Positions 1 through 5,961 of a stretch of DNA of 64,000 nt are shown piece by piece. The notes beneath the pieces were generated by a model. It did not search any database. It saw only the letters and a program-made list of their open reading frames with translations, and was not told the origin of the DNA. Numbering within the stretch: the stretch's first letter is position 1; every line of letters begins with the position of its first letter. The position numbers were made by a program, and so were the translations under genes. Source of the stretch: a virus (lineage: Duplodnaviria > Caudoviricetes); IMG/VR virus record IMGVR_UViG_3300032038_000011, positions 72,936 through 136,935 of that record; one strand, given 5' to 3'.

Positions 1-79
1 TTGGCCCGCGCCCGGTTATATAGAAATTTACGTGCTGTATTATCCTCATGAGATTCGGGACTTGGAAAATATTTTCGCG

Positions 80-107
80 CCGTATGTTTAACATACGGTT
101 TTATTTT
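80..107 (+). terminator. Intrinsic terminator-like hairpin
   Basis: CCGTATGTT-T-AACATACGG followed by TTTTATTTT. Confidence 0.5.
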
Positions 108-115
108 GAAATTAT

Positions 116-147
116 GTTAATTAGAGGATACGTAGTATCTAATTTAC
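116..147. repeat. 32-bp dyad site S1
   Basis: GTTAATTAGAGG-ATACGTAG-TATCTAATTTAC; one of seven aligned copies. Confidence 0.85.
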
Positions 148-171
148 ATTGAATTAAAATTATGGGATACA

Positions 172-306
172 TCAAAAGATGTATCCCTGCATCATTTCAT
201 CAAATTCTGAAAATGAAATGCCGTTTTCGTCGGGGTCAAGAATGTTCGCCTGATAGTCCCAATAAATACGCACCTGTTCCTCAGAAGTCAGATTTTCCCA
301 CTCCAT
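172..306 (-). CDS. Small acidic hypothetical protein, 44 aa (cassette 1)
   Basis: ATG at 306 (MEWENLTSEE...) after GAGGT RBS; own promoter at 341-369; terminator hairpin GGGATACATC/GATGTATCCC overlaps the stop. Confidence 0.7.
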   Translation of the reverse strand: MEWENLTSEEQVRIYWDYQANILDPDENGISFSEFDEMMQGYIF

Positions 307-340
307 ACGGGATACCTCGCTTTCGTTTGTTTGCAAGATT

Positions 341-369
341 ATTATAGCAAAAATAAAATGAAATGTCAA
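341..369 (-). promoter_or_regulatory. Sigma-A/70 consensus promoter
   Basis: TTGACA-17 bp-TATAAT on the minus strand. Confidence 0.85.
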
Positions 370-380
370 GTTAAATGATT

Positions 381-412
381 ATTAATTAGATTATACGTGC
401 GGTCTAATTAAC
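381..412. repeat. 32-bp dyad site S2
   Basis: ATTAATTAGATT-ATACGTGC-GGTCTAATTAAC. Confidence 0.85.
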
Positions 413-426
413 AGGAATTTAAAATA

Positions 427-457
427 AAATTGCGAAACTTTTTATGTTTCGCAATTT
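427..457 (-). terminator. Intrinsic terminator of cassette 2
   Basis: AAATTGCGAAAC / GTTTCGCAATTT stem with T-rich tail on the minus strand. Confidence 0.7.
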
Positions 458-467
458 GAAATTGAAA

Positions 468-608
468 TTAAGGAATTAATATTTCCTTAACATCCCATTT
501 CATTCCCGTGCAATGCGTGCGCCAATTTGCCGCATTTTGTGCCTCTTCGCGCGTGCGATAGTAGGAAGAACCTTGAAAACCACCACAATAGATTGCATAC
601 ACTGTCAT
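468..608 (-). CDS. Small hypothetical protein, 46 aa (cassette 2; not in the ORF track)
   Basis: Manual translation MTVYAIYCGGFQGSSYYRTREEAQNAANWRTHCTGMKWDVKEILIP*; GAAAGGGG RBS; own promoter and terminator. Confidence 0.7.
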   Translation of the reverse strand: MTVYAIYCGGFQGSSYYRTREEAQNAANWRTHCTGMKWDVKEILIP

Positions 609-643
609 TTTAGGAAAATCCCCTTTCGTTTGTTTCTGAAATT

Positions 644-672
644 ATTATATCATTTTTGAAATGAAATGTCAA
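644..672 (-). promoter_or_regulatory. Sigma-A/70 consensus promoter
   Basis: TTGACA-17 bp-TATAAT with TGn extension. Confidence 0.85.
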
Positions 673-683
673 GTTATTTTTAT

Positions 684-715
684 GTAAAATAGAACTTACG
701 TTTAATATAATTTAC
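684..715. repeat. 32-bp dyad site S3
   Basis: GTAAAATAGAAC-TTACGTTT-AATATAATTTAC. Confidence 0.75.
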
Positions 716-782
716 ATAAATTTAATTTGGGTTAGTTTTGGGATTGTCTAAATATTGTCATAATAAAAACTTTAAAAAGGGT

Positions 783-811
783 TTGATTTTGAAATTAGTT
801 TATGATATAAT
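783..811 (+). promoter_or_regulatory. Sigma-A promoter of cassette 3
   Basis: TTGATT-17 bp-TATAAT with TGn extension. Confidence 0.7.
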
Positions 812-842
812 ATATATAGAAAAGCAAGGGAGGTTTTGGGAT

Positions 843-1022
843 ATGCGCGCGAAAGACTATAAGAAAAGGAATAGTTTTTCATATAAAATTAAAATGTGGT
901 TTTATCGGCTGACTTTTCGGGATGTTATGTCTACCAGTAAAATTGTTATTATTTCTATAATAAATTTTATAATGGCGGTTTTAGGATTCTTAATCCTCTT
1001 TTTTGGCCCGTCATTTCTTTAA
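843..1022 (+). CDS. Small membrane protein, 59 aa (cassette 3, inverted orientation)
   Basis: GGGAGG RBS then ATG at 843 (MRAKDYKK...); basic N-terminus and hydrophobic C-terminal helix. Confidence 0.7.
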   Translation: MRAKDYKKRNSFSYKIKMWFYRLTFRDVMSTSKIVIISIINFIMAVLGFLILFFGPSFL

Positions 1023-1060
1023 GAAAATGAAATGAAATTAGGGTGTGAGGTTTCGGGAAT

Positions 1061-1092
1061 GTAAATTATATCATACGTATTTTATAATTAAC
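1061..1092. repeat. 32-bp dyad site S4
   Basis: GTAAATTATATC-ATACGTAT-TTTATAATTAAC; lies between two convergent gene ends. Confidence 0.8.
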
Positions 1093-1120
1093 AAAAATAA
1101 AATAAAATAAAAGGTTGGAA

Positions 1121-1420
1121 TTACTTCCAACCTTCCATATATCCTGCGTATCGAATCATAACAATTTCATCATCGTAAATGGTAGGCGTGTCACGTTCTT
1201 CCATTATCGCGGCGACAATATCACCGCAGTCGAAATCTTCGATTCCTTGCCATATCCATTCATTGCCATTGAAGTCTACGAGAACCATAAAGTTCTGTTC
1301 GTAGTTAATTAAGTCAACTACGAAAGCTTGAGGATACTGTTCTGCGCTGGCACAAGCCACAATTCCCATAAAGATAGCACAAGCAACAACGATACACCAA
1401 ACAATAACAAACTTCTTCAT
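1121..1420 (-). CDS. Secreted or membrane-anchored hypothetical protein, 99 aa (cassette 4)
   Basis: Likely start MKKFVIVW at 1420 after AAGGGAG; signal-peptide-like N-terminus; hairpin AAGGTTGGAA/TTCCAACCTT spans the stop. Confidence 0.8.
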   Translation of the reverse strand: MKKFVIVWCIVVACAIFMGIVACASAEQYPQAFVVDLINYEQNFMVLVDFNGNEWIWQGIEDFDCGDIVAAIMEERDTPTIYDDEIVMIRYAGYMEGWK

Positions 1421-1449
1421 ACTATATACTCCCTTCATTTGATGGTATA

Positions 1450-1478
1450 AGTATAACATATATATAGTATGATGTCAA
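1450..1478 (-). promoter_or_regulatory. Sigma-A promoter
   Basis: TTGACA-17 bp-TATACT with TGn extension. Confidence 0.8.
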
Positions 1479-1489
1479 GTTAAACTACT

Positions 1490-1521
1490 GTAAATTAGAT
1501 AATACGTTTACTCTAATTAAC
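1490..1521. repeat. 32-bp dyad site S5
   Basis: GTAAATTAGATA-ATACGTTT-ACTCTAATTAAC. Confidence 0.85.
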
Positions 1522-1538
1522 ATAGAGTTATCGCGGAT

Positions 1539-1778
1539 TTAACCTCCGCGATAATTTGGATGAACTCGTTCGTATGCACTAACTTTTCTAAAACTGTTAT
1601 ATTCTTGTTGCGTTATCTCTTTGCCGAATATAACCATTTTAGTGTGCTTAACACTTGGCATTTTTCGCGCTTTGTCGCAAGCCTCAAGCAAATTATTTGC
1701 TTTGAAAACAAACTTAATTTCAGTGCTTCGACCTGTTCCGCAATGTCCACGATGACAAACGACTTCAAAGTATTTCAT
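1539..1778 (-). CDS. Small basic hypothetical protein, 79 aa (cassette 5)
   Basis: AAGGGAG RBS, own promoter at 1810-1838, hairpin TTATCGCGGA/TCCGCGATAA around the stop. Confidence 0.8.
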   Translation of the reverse strand: MKYFEVVCHRGHCGTGRSTEIKFVFKANNLLEACDKARKMPSVKHTKMVIFGKEITQQEYNSFRKVSAYERVHPNYRGG

Positions 1779-1809
1779 GGTTGTTACTCCCTTCTTTTAT
1801 TCTGGTTAT

Positions 1810-1838
1810 ATTATAACATAGTTCTTGACCTTTGTCAA
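1810..1838 (-). promoter_or_regulatory. Sigma-A/70 consensus promoter
   Basis: TTGACA-17 bp-TATAAT with TGn extension. Confidence 0.85.
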
Positions 1839-1849
1839 GTTATGTTTAT

Positions 1850-1881
1850 GTTAATTAGGTTGGACGTTTAATGTAATTTAC
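1850..1881. repeat. 32-bp dyad site S6
   Basis: GTTAATTAGGTT-GGACGTTT-AATGTAATTTAC. Confidence 0.8.
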
Positions 1882-1890
1882 ATTAGCTTA

Positions 1891-2092
1891 ATTTCCAGTT
1901 CCAGCTTTCCAGCTCCATATAAATGTTAAGTTTATGTTAAAGTTTCCAGCTCCAATGTTAATTTTATGTTAATTAGAATGCGGCTTCCAGCTCTCAGTTC
2001 CAGCTCCCAGCTCGCGGCCGCGCCGGAGCCGAGGAACTTCCAGCTCCACGCAAATTTCCAGCTCCCCACCGGCACGCCGACCGGAGCCGAGG
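1891..2092. repeat. Cluster of short direct repeats (TTCCAGCT, ATGTTAA, GGAGCCGAGG)
   Basis: About eight (TT)CCAGCT copies in one orientation, several ATGTTAA copies, GGAGCCGAGG at 2025 and 2083. Confidence 0.75.
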
Positions 2093-2200
2093 CAGGCCAA
2101 GGGCGCCCGCGCGAACCGAGCAAATTTACGCATAATTCATATTCTCTTAACATAGCTTTAACAAACCTCGCTTCTGAGGGCATATTCCCCCATCCTCTAT

Positions 2201-2228
2201 ATTATAGCAGATAAATGTTAATTGTCAA
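2201..2228 (-). promoter_or_regulatory. Sigma-A promoter pointing into the repeat cluster
   Basis: TTGACA-16 bp-TATAAT. Confidence 0.6.
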
Positions 2229-2284
2229 GGTAGTTTATGTTAAAAGTATGTGAATTAGATTAAATTTAACAAAGTTAAGCTGAC

Positions 2285-2316
2285 GTAAATTAGACTGCCC
2301 GGATAGTCTAATTTAC
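2285..2316. repeat. 32-bp dyad site S7 (perfect 12-bp arms)
   Basis: GTAAATTAGACT-GCCCGGAT-AGTCTAATTTAC. Confidence 0.85.
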
Positions 2317-2352
2317 ACAGGCTTAATGTTAGTGGTGACTAACTACTATGTT

Positions 2353-2387
2353 AAAAAAAAGAAAAGAGGGCGTTAAGCCCTCTTTTC
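2353..2387 (-). terminator. Terminator of the GC-rich operon
   Basis: GAAAAGAGGGC / GCCCTCTTTTC stem, U8 tail on the minus strand. Confidence 0.8.
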
Positions 2388-2624
2388 GTGGTGGCGCTCG
2401 ATGTAGCGCAGGCTGTGCAGGCAATCTTTGACGGCCTCGCGCGCGGTCTCCGCTACCCACAAAAACGTGGTCTTGACTTCCCACTCGGTCAGGTCAGTAA
2501 CCTCGATGGTCCATCCCATCGCGGTCTTATTCATCGAAAGTTCAAAGTGTCCGCTCGCGCTGTCGTTGCCGTGGTCGAAAGTGTAATGGTTGGCGCTGAT
2601 CTTCTGGATGTAAAGGTTCTTCAT
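2373..2624 (-). CDS. Hypothetical protein, 83 aa (GC-rich operon)
   Basis: AAGGAGGAG RBS, GC3-rich codons. Confidence 0.8.
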   Translation of the reverse strand: MKNLYIQKISANHYTFDHGNDSASGHFELSMNKTAMGWTIEVTDLTEWEVKTTFLWVAETAREAVKDCLHSLRYIERHHEKRA

Positions 2625-2674
2625 GATTGTCTCCTCCTTAATTTTAGGTCGTGGGAGGGCTTGCGCCCTCCCGA

Positions 2675-2869
2675 TTATTCGCGGTAGTCGTCGCGGCCGC
2701 CGTTCTTTTTGACGGCCCAGTTCTTTGCGCCTCGGGCAGTTTTGTAGACGCCCTTGTGTTCCCAGTGGTACTGGGTGCCCTCGCCCACGTGGTACTTGCC
2801 ATCGCGGTCAGGCTCGGTGTCGTAGGTGTAATAGTGGTATTTGCTGCCGGTGTAGCCTGCCTTCATCAT
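2675..2869 (-). CDS. Hypothetical protein, 64 aa (GC-rich operon)
   Basis: GAGGAGG RBS; flanked by hairpins. Confidence 0.75.
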   Translation of the reverse strand: MMKAGYTGSKYHYYTYDTEPDRDGKYHVGEGTQYHWEHKGVYKTARGAKNWAVKKNGGRDDYRE

Positions 2870-2897
2870 TGTAACTTCCTCCTCTCAGGGACGGGCA

Positions 2898-3281
2898 TTA
2901 AGCCCGTCCCGTGCTCCTCAAGTATTCCTGCCAGACTCGCTCCACCTCGGCGAGGTAGTCATTGACTACCTTGCCGGTGAAGCGCTGAGCTGCGTAGTAC
3001 AACTCGCGCAGGTCGTAGTGGTGGAACGCTTCCAACACGTCCCTGCCCTCGTCGGACTGGTTCAGATCGTAGTCCCTCAGGCTGGGAGTCAAGTCCTCGG
3101 GATGGCCGTAGTAGACCATGACCGCGAGGCGCTTCTCGGGTTCGAACTCGACGTGGCCGAAGCCGCAGTTCTCAGCCTCGGTATCGAGGTCGAAGTTCAT
3201 GGAAAACTGGGCCATGCAGAACTGCTCGTCAAAGAGCAGGCCGTACTCGGTAACGGTGGTGTTGTAGTTGCAGATCATCAT
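2898..3281 (-). CDS. Acidic hypothetical protein, 127 aa (GC-rich operon)
   Basis: AAGGAGGT RBS before MMICNYNT at 3281. Confidence 0.8.
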   Translation of the reverse strand: MMICNYNTTVTEYGLLFDEQFCMAQFSMNFDLDTEAENCGFGHVEFEPEKRLAVMVYYGHPEDLTPSLRDYDLNQSDEGRDVLEAFHHYDLRELYYAAQRFTGKVVNDYLAEVERVWQEYLRSTGRA

Positions 3282-3336
3282 TGTAGTAACCTCCTTGTAT
3301 TTGGTCGTTATTGTAAAGCTGAGGGGCTTGCGCCCC

Positions 3337-3456
3337 TCAGTGGTTGCGGCCATGAATTACCTCATTCATGCCTTTGATTTCTACCTCGTTCGCCTTGAAC
3401 TGTTTTTCAAGGCTCCGCAGGTCCAGCACCATAGCGATTATAAACAAAGTCAACAT
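3337..3456 (-). CDS. Small hypothetical peptide, 39 aa (not in the ORF track)
   Basis: AAGGAGGT RBS; MLTLFIIAMVLDLRSLEKQFKANEVEIKGMNEVIHGRNH*. Confidence 0.6.
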   Translation of the reverse strand: MLTLFIIAMVLDLRSLEKQFKANEVEIKGMNEVIHGRNH

Positions 3457-3493
3457 GTTTTTACCTCCTTCCAAAGGGTGAGGGCTTGCGCCC

Positions 3494-4066
3494 TCACTCC
3501 TTCATATCGCGGTCGATCTCGCTGGGGCAGTAGGCCGTGATCCGACCGCCGAGGCCCTTGACCTCGTCGCGGATCTTGACCTCGTTGCCGTCGGCGTCGG
3601 TGATGATGGTTACGCCGTCGATCTGAACTCGGTTCAGGCCGCCGACCCACTTCGCGCCGATGGTCTTGCAAACCACCTTCTCGAAGGTGCGCGCCCTCGG
3701 GCCGGCGCAGGGGCTGGGGTCGAGCGGCAGGTCCGAGTAGGTCCGGAACTTCTGCTCGAGCTGGCGAACCGTGATCCGGTTGCCGAAGGTCTTGCGGAAC
3801 GCGGTCTCGCTGATCTTGCGAACCTTCAACACGTTGTCGCTGATCACAAGGAAGCCGGTCTCGAGGGCGCGGTCGTTGCCAACAACCTCGATCAGGGTCT
3901 GGCGGCTGACGCAAGCCAGAACCAACTTGCGGGTCGCGCCGTGAACGCCTGCGCCGTCGGCGGTCGTCATGGCGAACCAATAACGCTCGGCGTGGCGCGG
4001 GTCGTTCAGGTAGTTCAACGCGGTGAGCTTCGCGGCGGCGGCGATGGTGGGATCGTACTTCTTCAT
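3494..4066 (-). CDS. Putative PD-(D/E)xK nuclease-fold protein, 190 aa
   Basis: AAGGAGGT RBS before MKKYDPT at 4066; C-terminal half has FEKVV...QIDG...DEVKG spacing typical of the restriction-endonuclease fold (function uncertain). Confidence 0.55.
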   Translation of the reverse strand: MKKYDPTIAAAAKLTALNYLNDPRHAERYWFAMTTADGAGVHGATRKLVLACVSRQTLIEVVGNDRALETGFLVISDNVLKVRKISETAFRKTFGNRITVRQLEQKFRTYSDLPLDPSPCAGPRARTFEKVVCKTIGAKWVGGLNRVQIDGVTIITDADGNEVKIRDEVKGLGGRITAYCPSEIDRDMKE

Positions 4067-4367
4067 GGGGTTTACCTCCTTTTTTGTGGGTCGTTGTGTT
4101 TTGTGCTGGTTGGTCGTGCGGTCGGCGGTCGGGTTCAGTTGCTGCTCGCCTGTCGGGTTCATCACTGCTCGGCGTTCACGGCTCTCACGTGCGCTGGTCT
4201 GGGCAGCTTCCTACTCCCGTCGGGGTCCTTGCGCGTCGCGTCTGGCAGCCGCGACTGGCGGTGGGCTGTTCAATTTTCAAGGTTCGCCGCTTGCTCGACC
4301 TGCTGGCCGTCCAGCCCGGCGGGTTCCTCGGGCTGCGGGGTTCTCGCTCATCCCCCCAACAGCTATG

Positions 4368-4395
4368 ATTATACTCGCCCCAACGAAAAAAGCAA
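4368..4395 (-). promoter_or_regulatory. Promoter of the GC-rich operon
   Basis: TTGCTT-16 bp-TATAAT with an upstream A-tract (UP-like). Confidence 0.6.
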
Positions 4396-4551
4396 GCATT
4401 TTTTTTTATTCATCAATATTCATAGCAAAGGGGGGGGTTATACATAGGATTCTGAATAATTATGCAATTTTTCGGCACCCACCCTCCCCATTTTCCACAC
4501 CCCAGTTCAAAATAAAACACCCTCGGCTCCAAAGCATAAAATCCCAAATAC

Positions 4552-4580
4552 TTGACAAATCTAATAAAATATGATAAAAT
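4552..4580 (+). promoter_or_regulatory. Promoter of the morphogenesis operon
   Basis: TTGACA-17 bp-TAAAAT with TGn extension. Confidence 0.75.
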
Positions 4581-4617
4581 TTAAAATGAAGGAAGTTGTA
4601 TCTTCAGATAAACGGAG

Positions 4618-5961
4618 ATGCAATATATGAAAAAGAAATACTCACTCGACTACTCTATTGAGCGAGATACCGACCGATTACACGCCGTTGAAGAAATTTT
4701 AGATACTTTGGATACCAAACCTTCCAATTCTGAATTAGAGCAAATGGCTTCCTATATTCTATATGGTAAGGATGAAGAAGGTAAAAACGCCGTACAAAGG
4801 GGCGAAACCACCGACTCCAATAAACGCTACAATAGCTTTCAACGTGCCGCGGACAAAGTCCAATCGCTTGATGAAATTTTAGAAAACCCATTAAACGACC
4901 AACAAGCCCTTCAATCGCTTGAAACCCGCTATATTTATACAAAGAAAAAACCAGCTATACATCGTCCCAAATACGATAAAAAAACTGGTGAATTAATCGA
5001 TCCTGGCGATTCCGAAATTCCAGGTATGCAAGACCTTTGGGATTGTATTGACCGCCTAGATCGCATCGTAGCAGTAAACGAAGGTAAAATTCCACCCGAT
5101 GAAAATACCCAAATTTTTAAAGACTCATATCGTCTTTACCAATTAAAGCATTCCCTTATTGATATAAGACGCCACCAATATTATCTTAAAGATGCCTACA
5201 AGCCCACCCTCCATTTTCTCGCGCTAACCCCTCCCAAAGCTCAAACTTATAATTGGGACGAAGATTCCTATTACTGGATGCCCCTCGACAAATGGCAAGA
5301 ACGCGTTAATAATGCCCTTCTACATACAATAAGTAAAAATTTAGAAGACTATGAAACACGTGAAAATCCATACACAAAAGAAATTGAAGTAAAATGGGTA
5401 GTGCGTAAACACACATTTGATTGGGAAAACCCATCCCACATTAAAGCATTAATAAACAATTATTCAGCTATTTATATGGAGCTTAACGAAAAATTAGATA
5501 GTTGGGGGCGCACCCTTATTTATGACTTTGACCGCTATTTTGATATGTCTGGGTTTAGTGAAGCGCGCGAATACATACTAACAAGAAAAATAGACCATGC
5601 TTCTTACACCGAAATTCGAGAAGAACTTCAAGAAAAATTTGGTCTAAAATACAATGAAAACCACATTTGTACTATTCTCGCAAAAGAAATTCCAGAAAAG
5701 ATGGCGGCAACAGCTACTAAACATCGAATGCTTTTAACAACGCCAATAACAGAACGCAAACGCTGTTTTACTTGCAAGAAGTGGTTGCCGCGAAACAACT
5801 ATTTTTTCGCTACCAATAATAGCCGCAAAGATAAATTTGCTTCTAATTGTAAAGAATGCGAAAAACAAAAAAGAATAGCAAGAGGAGGTCAGTCCGCGTA
5901 TGACAGACGAAATAAAGACGCGAAGATGCTTGAAGTGCAGGCAGGAGAAACCAATTCATGA
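4618..5961 (+). CDS. Phage protein with HTH-like segment and C-terminal CxxC...CxxC zinc ribbon (packaging or regulatory)
   Basis: 447-aa ORF (start may be 4627); SYTEIREELQEKFG helix; CFTC...CKEC; first gene of the terminase operon. Confidence 0.6.
   Translation: MQYMKKKYSLDYSIERDTDRLHAVEEILDTLDTKPSNSELEQMASYILYGKDEEGKNAVQRGETTDSNKRYNSFQRAADKVQSLDEILENPLNDQQALQSLETRYIYTKKKPAIHRPKYDKKTGELIDPGDSEIPGMQDLWDCIDRLDRIVAVNEGKIPPDENTQIFKDSYRLYQLKHSLIDIRRHQYYLKDAYKPTLHFLALTPPKAQTYNWDEDSYYWMPLDKWQERVNNALLHTISKNLEDYETRENPYTKEIEVKWVVRKHTFDWENPSHIKALINNYSAIYMELNEKLDSWGRTLIYDFDRYFDMSGFSEAREYILTRKIDHASYTEIREELQEKFGLKYNENHICTILAKEIPEKMAATATKHRMLLTTPITERKRCFTCKKWLPRNNYFFATNNSRKDKFASNCKECEKQKRIARGGQSAYDRRNKDAKMLEVQAGETNS

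Noticed and set aside
15-47. Possible eighth dyad site (GTTATATAGAAATTTACGT...)
   Set aside because: Left arm is one base out of register and the right arm is absent; at best a decayed copy.
1932-2214. ORFs 1932-2183 (-) and 1966-2214 (+)
   Set aside because: They translate the CCAGCT repeats and look non-protein-like; treated as a repeat region, although the minus ORF has a possible RBS.
116-2316. CRISPR array reading of the 32-bp palindromic repeats
   Set aside because: Intervals are 233-403 bp and contain whole genes with promoters, the repeats are degenerate, and no cas genes are present.
2388-4574. Plus-strand and alternate-frame ORFs over the GC island (e.g. 2388-2687, 3018-3377, 3450-3980, 3941-4447, 4023-4574)
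   Set aside because: Shadow ORFs expected from high GC; they lack RBSs and overlap minus-strand genes that have strong RBSs.
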